A DNA stretch of 64,000 nucleotides from Dehalococcoidia bacterium (GTDB taxonomy: Bacteria > Chloroflexota > Dehalococcoidia > Lucifugimonadales > UBA3495), in the NCBI GenBank assembly GCA_964291545.2, contig OZ219860.1, positions 745,786 through 809,785 on the forward strand, given 5' to 3'. Shown here in pieces: positions 36,947 through 47,400 of this stretch. Position 1 is the stretch's first letter, and every line of letters starts with the position of its first letter. The notes under the pieces were generated by a model. The model was given only the letters and a program-made list of their open reading frames with translations, had not been told where the DNA came from and made no database searches. The position numbers and the translations under genes were made by a program.

Positions 36947-37435
36947 ATGACCCAACCCCAAACCGTCGAAGAATACCTAACCCAACTTCCGCCCCAACGC
37001 CGCGAAGCCGTCTCCGCCCTCCGCCAACTCATCCTCCAAAGCCTCCCCGACGGCTACCGGGAAACCATACTCTTCGGCATGATCAACTACGTCATCCCTT
37101 TGGACACCTACCCCGTCACCTACAACAAGCAGCCCCTGTCCTACGTCGCCCTCGCCTCCCAGAAGAACTACATCTCCCTCTATCTCATGGGCATCTACGC
37201 CGACGACGCCTCGCGCCAGTGGTTCCTGGACCAATACGCCGCCAGCGGCAAGAAGCTCGACCTCGGCAAGGCCTGTCTCCGCTTCAAGGCCCTCGACGAC
37301 CTGCCTCTCGACCTCGTCGCCCGGGCCGTCGCCCGAACCTCCGTCGCCGACTTCATCCGCCTCTACGAAGCCTCCCGGCCCCCGGCTCGTAAACCCCGCT
37401 CCAGGCCCAAGTCCAGTCCGGAGAAAGCAGCATGA
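36947..37435 (+). CDS. DUF1801 (YdhG-like) domain protein
   Basis: VEEYL..LP..RREAV..LR.LI...LP.GY.E, and later ALASQKNYISLYL. Confidence 0.7.
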   Translation: MTQPQTVEEYLTQLPPQRREAVSALRQLILQSLPDGYRETILFGMINYVIPLDTYPVTYNKQPLSYVALASQKNYISLYLMGIYADDASRQWFLDQYAASGKKLDLGKACLRFKALDDLPLDLVARAVARTSVADFIRLYEASRPPARKPRSRPKSSPEKAA

Positions 37436-38772
37436 CCGCCTCCCAAGACGAACTGGCCCGCTACCGGGAACTCACCCCCAGGTCCCGCGCAATCTGGGAA
37501 GAGGCCGGCGACTTCCTCCCCGGCGGCGACAGCCGTCACTCCGTCTTCTGGAAGCCCTACCCCATATTCGTCGAGTCCGCCTCCGGTTGCCATGTCGTCG
37601 ACGCCGACGGCGTCGACCGCCTCGATTTCATCAACACCATGACCACCCTCATCCTCGGCCACTCCCCCGCCCCCGTCGTCCAGGCCGTCCATGAGCAACT
37701 CGACCGGGGAGTTGTCTACAACGCTCCAAGCCGTCACCAGGTCCGCTTGGCCCAGCTCCTCTGTCAACGGGTTCCGAGCTTCGACCTCGTCCGCTTCACC
37801 AACTCCGGCACCGAGGCCACCATGAACGCCCTCCGCGCCGCCCGCGCCGTCACCCGAAAGAAGCGCTTCGCCAAGGCCGAGGGCGGCTACCACGGCACCC
37901 ACGACTCCGTGTCAGTCAGCCTGCGAGTCGACCCCGCCAAGGCCGGCGACCCTGACCGCCCCCTACCCATTCCCGGCAGCGCCGGTCTCCCCCGCGGCGT
38001 CCTCGAAGGCGCGGTCGTCTTCCCCTTCAACGAGCCCGATGCCGCCCGCCGCATCCTCGAGGAGAACAAGGACGACCTCGCTGCCGTCATTGTCGAGCCG
38101 GTCATGGGCTCCGTGGGCATGGTCCCCGCTACTCCCGAATTCCTCGCCATGCTCCGCGACTTCACCACCCGCAACGACGTCATCCTCATATTCGACGAGG
38201 TGATTAGCTTCCGCGTGGCCCCCGGCGGGGCCCAGGAATACTACGGCATAACCCCCGACATGACCGCTCTCGGCAAGATCATCGGCGGCGGCTTCCCCGT
38301 AGGCGCGTTCGGCGGTCGCCGCGAAATAATGGACCTCTACAACCCCGCCGACGCTCCCCGTGTAGCCCACGCCGGCACCTTCAACGCCAACCCCGTTACC
38401 ATGGTCGCCGGAGCTGCCACCTTGGAGCAACTGACGCCCGGCGTCTACCGCGACCTCGCCGAAGCAACCGAAAATCTCCGACAGGGCGTCCGGGACATCT
38501 GCGCCCGTCTCGAAGTGCCAGTCCAGGTCACCGGCCTCTGCTCCCTCTTCGGCATCCACTTCACCGCCGGCGGCGTGCACAACTACCGCGACCTCGCCGC
38601 CGAAGACGCCGACCTCCGCACCCAGGTATTCTTCGGCCTGCTGAACGAGGGCATCCTGATCGCCCCAAACCTCGTCGGCTCACTCTCCACCGCCATCACC
38701 GCTGCCGAAATCGGCGCCTTTCTCCAGGCATTCGATACGGTACTTCAAAGAGTGCTGCGGCGCCGGCCCTAG
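37432..38772 (+). CDS. class III PLP aminotransferase, glutamate-1-semialdehyde aminomutase-like
   Basis: FTNSGTEATMNALRAAR, ILIFDEVISFRVAPGGAQEYYGITPDMTALGKIIGGGFPVGAFGG. There is a 4-nt overlap with the DUF1801 gene. Confidence 0.85.
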   Translation: MTASQDELARYRELTPRSRAIWEEAGDFLPGGDSRHSVFWKPYPIFVESASGCHVVDADGVDRLDFINTMTTLILGHSPAPVVQAVHEQLDRGVVYNAPSRHQVRLAQLLCQRVPSFDLVRFTNSGTEATMNALRAARAVTRKKRFAKAEGGYHGTHDSVSVSLRVDPAKAGDPDRPLPIPGSAGLPRGVLEGAVVFPFNEPDAARRILEENKDDLAAVIVEPVMGSVGMVPATPEFLAMLRDFTTRNDVILIFDEVISFRVAPGGAQEYYGITPDMTALGKIIGGGFPVGAFGGRREIMDLYNPADAPRVAHAGTFNANPVTMVAGAATLEQLTPGVYRDLAEATENLRQGVRDICARLEVPVQVTGLCSLFGIHFTAGGVHNYRDLAAEDADLRTQVFFGLLNEGILIAPNLVGSLSTAITAAEIGAFLQAFDTVLQRVLRRRP

Positions 38773-40130
38773 CCCGCCCTCGGCTCTCGGGGCGCCGCCG
38801 CCCTGGTAGGCCGGCCCGGCGGCTCCGGCAGCAGAAGGAACAGGCACGAACCGGCCAGAGATACGCCGGCAATGGTCAGGAATGCCGCCGTATAGTCACC
38901 GATCGCGTCCCTCATGAATCCCGCCGCCAGGGGAGCCGCGAACAAGAGGATATTCATCGGCGCCATCGACAGGCCCGAGATGGCGGCAAATCCCTCCCTC
39001 CCAAAGTAATGACCCCTCAGCGCCGTCGTTACCGGGCTCCGCACTGCGCTGCCTATCCCAAACAGCACGCCGAACAGAAACAGCGTCGCCGGATGGTGCG
39101 CCAGCACCAGGATAGCCACCGACGACGCCACTAAAGCGGTGGAACTGAACGCCATGAACCTGACCGGCAGCCGGTCCCCCAGGTACCCGCCTATGGGTAT
39201 GAACCCGGCCGTTACTCCCGTGTAAACTGCCACCAAGGCGGCTATCGTCTCCAGCGAGAACCCCCGGTCATCCAACATCAACCCCATGTGAACGAACACG
39301 GTTGCCGATACGATGGACGATGAAGCGTGGCCCAGACTGATGATCCAGAAGGGCCTGGTCCGAAGGGCTTCCCTCCAGGAATACCTTCCCGGCTCCGGCG
39401 TCGCCCGGGCTGCACCGGCCGCGGCAGGGGGCACAGCCGGCTCGCTCGGCAAATCGCCGTCAGGCATCAGGCCCACGTCCTCCGGCCGGTTGCGTAACAA
39501 TCGCGTCAGCGGAAAGGCCAGCGCAAGTATCAGCAGACCCAGGAACAGGGCGGTGTTCCTCCAACCGTACCGCTCGGAAATATCCGGGTCCGTGCCCCCG
39601 ATTGCCCAGGCCATCAGCACCGGCACCAAGATGCCGCCGATTGCAAACCCCTCGAACACTATCGACATCGCCCGCGCCTTGTGCCGCACGAACCAGTGGT
39701 TCACCAGGGTCATCATCGGCAGCCAGGTGCTCAGGGCCGCCCCCAGGCTGATGGTGAAGAACACCGCATAGAGTTGCCACAGCTCTTCGATGCGGCTGAA
39801 CAGCACCAGTCCGGTTCCCAGGACGGTCAACCCGATGAGCACCACCCGTCGGGTCCCCAGTCTTTGCACCACGAGGCCTTCCAGAGGACCCAACAGTCCG
39901 CCCTCGAGTCTGGTTACCGCAAAGGCCCAGGACATTTGCACCGTCGTCCAGTCGAAGGTGTTCCTCAGCACGGGACTCCACACCGGCAGGCCATGCCACA
40001 GCGGCGCAGAGGCCAAGGCCATCAGCATCGTGCCGATACCGGCCATATACCAGCCGAAGAACATCCCCCTTGCCCGAACCGCGGCCTTGGGAACGCCAGT
40101 AACCCATACCCATACCTGGCTGGCTTTCAT
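38769..40130 (-). CDS. MFS transporter, paralog 1 of 7
   Basis: About 12 TM segments and a motif-A-like G..VQRLGTRRVVLIG. It shares family motifs with the next six ORFs (LPVW.PVLRN, ELWQLY, LAWAIGG.DP, RNRPEDVGL.PDGD, GLMLDDRGFS). Confidence 0.85.
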   Translation of the reverse strand: MKASQVWVWVTGVPKAAVRARGMFFGWYMAGIGTMLMALASAPLWHGLPVWSPVLRNTFDWTTVQMSWAFAVTRLEGGLLGPLEGLVVQRLGTRRVVLIGLTVLGTGLVLFSRIEELWQLYAVFFTISLGAALSTWLPMMTLVNHWFVRHKARAMSIVFEGFAIGGILVPVLMAWAIGGTDPDISERYGWRNTALFLGLLILALAFPLTRLLRNRPEDVGLMPDGDLPSEPAVPPAAAGAARATPEPGRYSWREALRTRPFWIISLGHASSSIVSATVFVHMGLMLDDRGFSLETIAALVAVYTGVTAGFIPIGGYLGDRLPVRFMAFSSTALVASSVAILVLAHHPATLFLFGVLFGIGSAVRSPVTTALRGHYFGREGFAAISGLSMAPMNILLFAAPLAAGFMRDAIGDYTAAFLTIAGVSLAGSCLFLLLPEPPGRPTRAAAPREPRAG

Positions 40131-40258
40131 TCGGATGTGAATCCAACGCCCAAAGCCGATTCCCGCCTTATCTCAGTGGACAACTCCAGGCCCCAATCCT
40201 AGCTTAGTGATCCCGTCCGCGCCACGGGCATGCGGCCCCGCTCTGGGCCCCCCGCCTG

Positions 40259-41596
40259 CTAGGACCTAACCGCCGTCCGGGAAGAACGTCCGGGAGGCTC
40301 TCCTAGTAACAGGAACATCAACGACCCGGTCAGGCATATCCCTGCGATGATCAAGAAAGCCGCCGTATAGTTCCCGGTCGCGTCCCGCATGAACCCGGCG
40401 AACAGCGGCCCGATGAACAGGAAGATGTTCATCGGCATCATCGACATCCCGGAAATCGCCGCGTATGCCTCTGGCCTGAAGTAGTGGCCCCGCAGCGCCA
40501 CCATCACCGGGGCTCTCATCCCCGCCGCCGTCCCCAGCAATACCGCAAACAGGTACAGGGTCAGCTCGTTATGCGCCAGCACCAGCACCACCGGCACCAG
40601 CGACATCAATACGGTGCAACCGAAGGCCATGAACCTGATGGGTACCCTGTCGCCTAAATATCCCCCCACTAGGACGAACACCGCGTTAAAGCCTGTGTGT
40701 GTCGCTACCACCGTGCTTATCGCTTGGAGAGAAAACCCCCGGTCGTCCAGCATCAGCCCCAGGTGTACGAATATGCTGACATTTACAACCGCCGAACAGG
40801 CGTGGCCGATGCTGATCAGCCAGAAAGTACGGGTCCTGATTGCGTCCCTCCAGCTATACGCCCCCCTTACTGCTCTGGACCGGCTGGTCGTCGTGGGTGA
40901 GGCCGGTGCTGCCGGCTCATCCCCGTCGGGCCCCAAGCCCACGTCTGCGGGGCGGTTCCTCACCATGCTGGACAGCGGAAAGGCCAGGGCAATGGTCAAG
41001 AACCCCAGGAACATCGCCGTATTCCGCCATCCAAACCGCTGCGAGATGTCCGGGTCGCTCCCTCCTATGGCCCACGCCAGCAGCACCGGCGATGCCATCG
41101 CTCCCAGCGCAGCCCCCTCCAACACAAACGACATAGCCCTGGCTTTTTGACGCACGAACCAGTGGTTCACCAGCGTCATTATCGGCAGCCAGGTGCACAT
41201 GGCCGAGCCCATGCTCATCAGAAAGAACGTCGCATACAGTTGCCATAGTTCCTGTATCCGGCTGAACATCACCATGCTTGACCCAAGCATGATCATCCCG
41301 ATGAACACTGCCCGCCGCGTCCCCAGTCTCTGGACTAGCAGCCCTTCCAACGGGCCCAGCAGCCCGCCTTCCATCCTCGTCACCGCAAAGGCCCACGACA
41401 GTTGGACCGTGGTCCAGCCGAATTGGTTCCTCAACACCGGGCCCCACATCGGCAGTCCGCCCCACAACGGCGCCGACCCCAGCGCCAGGATCAGCGCGCC
41501 CAGTCCCACCATGACCCAGCCGAAGTACGTCCCTTTGACCCGGCGGACAGCCTCGGGGACCACAGAAGCCAAATCCCATTGGCCGGCGACTTTCAT
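40259..41596 (-). CDS. MFS transporter, paralog 2 of 7
   Basis: Same motif skeleton as paralog 1. It shares the N-terminal extension MK...W.....VP.AVR..KG with paralog 1. Confidence 0.85.
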   Translation of the reverse strand: MKVAGQWDLASVVPEAVRRVKGTYFGWVMVGLGALILALGSAPLWGGLPMWGPVLRNQFGWTTVQLSWAFAVTRMEGGLLGPLEGLLVQRLGTRRAVFIGMIMLGSSMVMFSRIQELWQLYATFFLMSMGSAMCTWLPIMTLVNHWFVRQKARAMSFVLEGAALGAMASPVLLAWAIGGSDPDISQRFGWRNTAMFLGFLTIALAFPLSSMVRNRPADVGLGPDGDEPAAPASPTTTSRSRAVRGAYSWRDAIRTRTFWLISIGHACSAVVNVSIFVHLGLMLDDRGFSLQAISTVVATHTGFNAVFVLVGGYLGDRVPIRFMAFGCTVLMSLVPVVLVLAHNELTLYLFAVLLGTAAGMRAPVMVALRGHYFRPEAYAAISGMSMMPMNIFLFIGPLFAGFMRDATGNYTAAFLIIAGICLTGSLMFLLLGEPPGRSSRTAVRS

Positions 41597-41716
41597 TGGG
41601 CCTGCGCCTTAGAGCGCATGGTGGGTTCCAGTCCCGACTGGGTGGGAAGTTGCTGGCCTGAGCCCGGAAGCGAGACCGGACGGCGTCGTTTTAGGCAGCT
41701 TGAAGAAGCCCGCCAA

Positions 41717-42994
41717 CTAGGACCTCGCCTCCGCCCGGGCAAACTCTGTGGGAGGCTTGCCCATCAGCAAAAACAGGCAAGACCCGAAGAAGGAGAATCC
41801 TGCCACGGCTAAAAACGGCAAGTCGTACCTTCCGGTCAGGTCTCGAAGGAACCCGGCAAATACCGGCGCGGCGAACAGCAGGATGCTCATCGGCACCAGG
41901 GAAATGCTCATGATGGCCGCGTAGGCCTTGCGACCAAAGTAGATGCCCCGGACCGAAAACCCCACCGGCATCCGCGCTCCGCTCCCCACTCCCATCATCA
42001 CCGCGAAGAGCATAAGCATCCACGTATTGTTGGCCAGCGCCAACACCACCAGGGATGCCGATTGAAGAGTAGAGAACCCGAATGTCGTGAGTCTGATCGG
42101 CAGCCTGTCGCCGGCGTAGCCACCCAGCAAGACGAATACGGCGCTCACCGCTGTATAGACGGCTATCACCGCGCTGATGGCCCCAAGCGAAAAACCTCGA
42201 TCGTCTAGCGCCAGGCCCATGTGCACGAATGCTGTGACTATTGCAGTGGCCGAAGCGGCGTGGCCTATGCTCATGAACCAGAATACTGGGGTCTTGACGG
42301 CCTCCTGCCATGTATATCCTTCCAACTCGCCAGAATGCCCAATGTCCTCGTCAATTGCCGGCGTCTCGCCCCCGTGGGCCGCGTCACCGTCGGGATTCAG
42401 CCCTACGTCCTCCGGGCGGTTGCGCACTAGTTGGGACAGGGGGACAGCCAAGACTAAGCACAAGATCCCGACGAACAGCGCGGTGGTCCGCCAGCCGTAC
42501 CGTTCCGATTCCACCGGATTCGAACCTCCGATTGCCCAGGCCAATAGCAACGGCGCGATGATTCCGCCCAGGGCGAACCCCTCCATAGCAAGAGACATGG
42601 CCCGCGACTTGTGCCGCACGAACCAGTTGTTCAACGCCGTCATTACTGGGAGCCAGGTGCCCAGGCTCGAACCCAGGCTTATCACGCAGAAGGCTGCATA
42701 AAACTGCCACAGCTCCTGGACGCGGCTGAAAAGCACGAACCCCAAGCCCAGGACGCCCATGCCGATCAACACCATGCGCCCGGCCCCCAGCTTCTCCGTC
42801 AGATACCCTGCCACCGGGCCAAGAAATCCCTCTTGGACCTGGGTGATGGCATAGGCTCCCGACATTTGGGTCGCGCTCCAACTGAAGGCGTTCCTCAGCA
42901 CCGGATTCCATACCGGCAATCCGTAGAAGACGGGTGATGACCCCAGGGCTATGATCAGCGCTCCGAGAGCCGCTATAAACCAGCCGTAAAACAT
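41717..42994 (-). CDS. MFS transporter, paralog 3 of 7
   Basis: Same motif skeleton. Starts with MFYGWFIAALGAL. Confidence 0.85.
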   Translation of the reverse strand: MFYGWFIAALGALIIALGSSPVFYGLPVWNPVLRNAFSWSATQMSGAYAITQVQEGFLGPVAGYLTEKLGAGRMVLIGMGVLGLGFVLFSRVQELWQFYAAFCVISLGSSLGTWLPVMTALNNWFVRHKSRAMSLAMEGFALGGIIAPLLLAWAIGGSNPVESERYGWRTTALFVGILCLVLAVPLSQLVRNRPEDVGLNPDGDAAHGGETPAIDEDIGHSGELEGYTWQEAVKTPVFWFMSIGHAASATAIVTAFVHMGLALDDRGFSLGAISAVIAVYTAVSAVFVLLGGYAGDRLPIRLTTFGFSTLQSASLVVLALANNTWMLMLFAVMMGVGSGARMPVGFSVRGIYFGRKAYAAIMSISLVPMSILLFAAPVFAGFLRDLTGRYDLPFLAVAGFSFFGSCLFLLMGKPPTEFARAEARS

Positions 42995-42997
42995 CCT

Positions 42998-44305
42998 TTA
43001 CGTCCGCTGTGCTGCTCCGGATAAACCGGTCCGGCCCGCATGTCCGGAGTGTTTGGGCGGCTCACCCAGCAGCAGATACAGGAGGCAGCCGCAGAATGAC
43101 AACCCGGCCACGGCTAAGAGGGGTTGGCCGTAGCTCCCGGTTATGTCCCGCATGACCCCAACCAAGACTGGTACGATGATAAAGAGAAAACTTACCGGCA
43201 CCAGTGATAAGCCGGTGATGGCGGCAAATTCCCTGCGCCCAAAGTATACGCCTCGCACTGAAAACACCAGCGGCATCCTGGACCCTGTCCCCATACCCAA
43301 CATCACTGCAAACACGAAGACGACCCACATTCCCGGTACCAGCACTAGGACAAGCAGGGCCGCCGGTTCCAACACCGAGAATCCGAAGTACGCCAACCTG
43401 ATGGGTATCCTGTCTCCGATGTAGCCGCCCACGAGAATGAACACCGCGTTCGTTCCGGTAAACACCGCCATCACCGCGCCTATCGCTTCCAGGGAGAATC
43501 CCCGGTCGTCCAGCATCAACCCAAGGTGGACCAGCGTCGTCACCATCGCCGTAGACGAAGCAGCGTGGCCCAGGCTGATAAACCAGAAGGCGCGGGTCCT
43601 GATTGCCTCCCTCCAAGTAAGTCCTCCTGAGGCCTCGGTCACTGAAGCATCCGTCGCTGTTTCGGATGGGTTCGCCTCGACTGCCTGCGTCGGGTCGCCG
43701 TCGGGCCTCAAGCCCATGTCTTCCGGCCGGTTGCGCACCAGGCTGGACAATGGAACGGCCAAGACAAGACACGCGGCCGCAACGAATAGGGCCGTAGTGC
43801 TCCAACCAAAGCGTTCCGATATATTTGGATCAACCCCGCCGATGGCCCACGCCAGCAATAACGGCGAGATTATCCCGCCAATGCCCTCGCCCTCCATAGC
43901 AATGGCCATCGCCCTGGACTTGTGCCGCACGAACCAGTGGTTCAGGACGGTCATCACCGGCAGCCAACTGCTCAGGCTCGCTCCCATGGCCATAATGAAG
44001 AAAGCAAAATACAGTTGCCACAGGGCCTGGATTTGGCTGAATAGCGCAAAGCCCGCCCCCAGGACTAGCATCCCGATCAACACCATTCGCCGGGGCCCCA
44101 ACTTTTCCACTAGGGCCCCCACCACGGGACCCATAACCGTTTCTTGGGCCTGGGTTACCGCAAAAGCGCCGGCCATTTGGCCGGCGGTCCATCCGAATGC
44201 GTTTCTCAAGACGGGGTTCCATACCGCCAGCCCGTAATACAGTGGAGCTGCGGCCATGGCGATAATCAGCGACCCTAAGGCCGCCAGTACCCAGCCGTAG
44301 AACAT
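42998..44305 (-). CDS. MFS transporter, paralog 4 of 7
   Basis: Same motif skeleton. Its stop lies 3 nt from the start of paralog 3. Confidence 0.85.
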   Translation of the reverse strand: MFYGWVLAALGSLIIAMAAAPLYYGLAVWNPVLRNAFGWTAGQMAGAFAVTQAQETVMGPVVGALVEKLGPRRMVLIGMLVLGAGFALFSQIQALWQLYFAFFIMAMGASLSSWLPVMTVLNHWFVRHKSRAMAIAMEGEGIGGIISPLLLAWAIGGVDPNISERFGWSTTALFVAAACLVLAVPLSSLVRNRPEDMGLRPDGDPTQAVEANPSETATDASVTEASGGLTWREAIRTRAFWFISLGHAASSTAMVTTLVHLGLMLDDRGFSLEAIGAVMAVFTGTNAVFILVGGYIGDRIPIRLAYFGFSVLEPAALLVLVLVPGMWVVFVFAVMLGMGTGSRMPLVFSVRGVYFGRREFAAITGLSLVPVSFLFIIVPVLVGVMRDITGSYGQPLLAVAGLSFCGCLLYLLLGEPPKHSGHAGRTGLSGAAQRT

Positions 44306-44392
44306 CCTGCGATTCAGAATAGTATCGCCCGTCCCCGGGGCAAGCTAGCTGCCCGAAGTATCACCATACAGCATAGCCCGCCATCCCCCGAT

Positions 44393-45727
44393 TTAGCCCG
44401 TCCTCGACGGCGCCAAACGCCGTCCCGGCGGCTTCGTCGGCTCCCCCATTATCAGCAGCGCTGTCCCTCCAACCAGGGATATCGCCGCAATGCCCAGGAA
44501 TGCCGCGGTATAGCTGCCCGTCTGGTCCCTTACCAGACCGGCCACCACCGGACCCGCCACCAAGAGGGCACTCGTCGGCAAAACCGAGATGCCGCTGATG
44601 GCTGCGAACGCCCTCCGCCCGAAGTACCTGCCCCTCATCGACGTCATGATGGCAAACCGTCCGCCCGTGCCTATGCCAAACAACACCGCAAAAACGAATA
44701 CGATCCCGGACCCTTGCCCCAGCACCAACACCACAGCCGACAGCGACAGCACCGTCGAGAAAGCGAACGCCACCGTCCTGATTTTAAATTTGTCTCCCAG
44801 GTATCCCCCCACCGGCAGGAACACCGCCGTCAGGCTCGTAAACACCGCCACCACCAGACCTATCTCCCCGATAGAGAAGCCGCGGTCGTCCAGCAGCAGT
44901 CCCAAGTGCGCGTACACCGTGCCCAATGTCACCGTCGTCGTCGCGTGGCCGGTGGCCATCAACCAGAAGGTCCTCGTCCTGATCGCCTCCTGCCATGTAA
45001 ATCCATCTTCGTCCCGGGCCGCTGGAGCGCCGCCGCTCTCGCCCTGGGCCCTGGCGCTTGGCGGCGAAGCGGCGCCGTCCGGCAGCAGGCCCATGTCCTC
45101 CGGTCGATTCCTCACCAGCCGCGACAATGGTACCGCCAACGCCAGGCCCACCAGCCCAATGAACAATGCAGTCGTCCGCCACCCGAACCGTTCCGACTCA
45201 TGGGGATCCGTGCCCCCTATTGCCCACGCCAGCAATATCGGCGCGAAGATGCTCGACACCGAAAAACCTTCCTGGGCCAACGCCATCGCCATCGTCTTGC
45301 GCCGGATGAACCAGTTGTTCAACACCGTCATCACCGGCAGCCAGCTGCTCATGGTCGACCCCAGGCTCATCAACACGAACACCACGTACAGGTGCCAAAG
45401 TTCCTGTATCTGGCTGAACAGCACAAAGCCGGCGCCCAGGACCACCAGCCCAAAGAACACCATGCGGCGGGGTCCCAGCTTGTCCACCATGATGCCCAGC
45501 ACCGGCGCCATCGAACCTTCCTGCACCTGCGTCAGCGAAAAGGCCCACGACATCTGCCCTGCAGTCCAACCGAAGCCGTTCCTCAACACCGGGTTCCATA
45601 CCGGCAGGCCGCTCCACAAAGGCGCCACGCCCACGGCCATCAGCAGCGCCCCCACTGCCACCATGAACCAGCCGTAGAACATCCCCCGCACCATGTGCAC
45701 CGCTGTTGCCATCCTGCCCGCGCCCAT
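44393..45727 (-). CDS. MFS transporter, paralog 5 of 7
   Basis: Same motif skeleton. Confidence 0.85.
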   Translation of the reverse strand: MGAGRMATAVHMVRGMFYGWFMVAVGALLMAVGVAPLWSGLPVWNPVLRNGFGWTAGQMSWAFSLTQVQEGSMAPVLGIMVDKLGPRRMVFFGLVVLGAGFVLFSQIQELWHLYVVFVLMSLGSTMSSWLPVMTVLNNWFIRRKTMAMALAQEGFSVSSIFAPILLAWAIGGTDPHESERFGWRTTALFIGLVGLALAVPLSRLVRNRPEDMGLLPDGAASPPSARAQGESGGAPAARDEDGFTWQEAIRTRTFWLMATGHATTTVTLGTVYAHLGLLLDDRGFSIGEIGLVVAVFTSLTAVFLPVGGYLGDKFKIRTVAFAFSTVLSLSAVVLVLGQGSGIVFVFAVLFGIGTGGRFAIMTSMRGRYFGRRAFAAISGISVLPTSALLVAGPVVAGLVRDQTGSYTAAFLGIAAISLVGGTALLIMGEPTKPPGRRLAPSRTG

Positions 45728-45835
45728 CGGAACCGGTCTCCCTGCCTATGTCGCCAAGCCCGTGGTTGTCATTGCCCATTGCCCCTGCAATTCATCTCGG
45801 CTGAGCTCGTTCGTTAAACGGCAATCCCCTGCCTC

Positions 45836-47155
45836 CTAGTACGCCGCTTGTACACCCCTGCCCGCCCGGGCAGCTTCGCCCCGAGGCCTACCAAGGAACA
45901 GGAACAAGCACGAGCCTGCGAACGACAACGCGGCTATGGTCAGAAAGGCCGCGTCATAGCTTCCCCTGGCATCCCTCATTAGTCCTGAAAAGACCGGCGC
46001 GCCGAACAACAGTAGGTTCATGGGCGCTATTGATATACCGGAGATGGCCGCGAAGGCCTTCCGTCCAAAGTACTCCCCCCTTAGCGCCATCATCAACGAC
46101 GTCCGCCCGCCGAAGCCAATTCCGTACAACACTGAAAACAACAGCGCCATCTCAGTGCTGTGGGCCACCACCACGATTACCAGCCCCACCGACTGTAGGG
46201 AGGAGAACCAGAAGGCTACCAGTCTCGTGGGCAACCTGTCTCCCAGGTACCCGCCAATGGGCATGAACACCGCGGCAACCGCGGTATACACCGCCAGCAC
46301 CACGCTTATTGTTCCCAGCGAGAATCCCCGGTCGTCCAGCATCAACCCCATGTGGGCTGCCACCGTTACTACGATCGTCGCCGAGAGCGCATGCCCGATG
46401 GTTATCAGCCAGAACGCTTTGGTCCTGACGGCCTGCTGCCAGGTATACTCTGTCTCCCCCGACTCCGACGCCGCCCCGCCGGATGGCAATGGCGATGCTG
46501 CTGTCCCGGACGGTGGGTCTCCATCGGGCAGTTGGCCAATGTCCGTAGGTTGGTTTCGCATGAGGCGAGATAGCGGTACGGCCGACGCAAGGCACAATAC
46601 ACCGATAAAGAGCGCCGAATTTCTCCAGCCAAAGCGTTCCGATTCCGCCGGGTCCGCCCCCCCAATGGCCCAGGCCAGCAGCAAAGGCAGCACCACGCCT
46701 CCCAACGCATACCCTTCCAGGGCCAACCCCATCGCTATGCCCCTGCGCCGGATGAACCAGTTGTTCACCGCGGTCATGATTGGCAACCATGTCCCCATGC
46801 TGTTGCCCAGGGCCATAATCAAAAAAACCAGGTACAGTTGCCACAGCGCTCCAATTTGGCTGAAGAGGATAAATCCCGTCCCCAGCACGGCAAACCCGAT
46901 GAGCACCATGCGCCGGGTGCCCAGCTTGTCTATCATGGCGCCTATCAACGGGCCCAGCAGTCCGCCCTCGAACTGCGTCAGGGAATAGGCCCAGGCCATC
47001 TGTCCCGCAGTCCAGCCGAAAGTGTTCCGCAGCACTGGGGTCCACACCGGCAGTCCGTTGAAAAGGGGCACCCCGCCCATGGCCAGCACCAATGCCCCGA
47101 AGCCCACCACGAACCAGCCGTAGAACTTCCCCCGCAATCTAAGACCCCTGTTCAC
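45836..47155 (-). CDS. MFS transporter, paralog 6 of 7
   Basis: Same motif skeleton. Confidence 0.85.
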   Translation of the reverse strand: MNRGLRLRGKFYGWFVVGFGALVLAMGGVPLFNGLPVWTPVLRNTFGWTAGQMAWAYSLTQFEGGLLGPLIGAMIDKLGTRRMVLIGFAVLGTGFILFSQIGALWQLYLVFLIMALGNSMGTWLPIMTAVNNWFIRRRGIAMGLALEGYALGGVVLPLLLAWAIGGADPAESERFGWRNSALFIGVLCLASAVPLSRLMRNQPTDIGQLPDGDPPSGTAASPLPSGGAASESGETEYTWQQAVRTKAFWLITIGHALSATIVVTVAAHMGLMLDDRGFSLGTISVVLAVYTAVAAVFMPIGGYLGDRLPTRLVAFWFSSLQSVGLVIVVVAHSTEMALLFSVLYGIGFGGRTSLMMALRGEYFGRKAFAAISGISIAPMNLLLFGAPVFSGLMRDARGSYDAAFLTIAALSFAGSCLFLFLGRPRGEAARAGRGVQAAY

Positions 47156-47400
47156 CCAGGCGTGTCTCAGCCGCGAGCGTTGGCCGACGCTCTGCGGAAA
47201 GCACTACGGTGGAAGCAACTGTGGAAGGACCTTCCGGTTCATTCAAGGCTTGTCTGCCGTCGGGCCGGTAGCCCTTGGACTCGGCCTTGACTCATTTCCG
47301 TATACCAGTGCGAGCTGCCCATCCCCTCATCCCGAAAGCGACCTGCATTCGCAAATCTAGCTATACAGCATCATACACGACCGGACCGCCCATCCCCCTC

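Noticed and set aside
38769-38772. Shared CTAG forming overlapping stop codons of the convergent aminotransferase and MFS-1 genes, as a possible regulatory feature
   Set aside because: A 4-nt palindromic stop overlap can arise by chance. No hairpin or other structure was seen around it. It is mentioned only as context in the findings.
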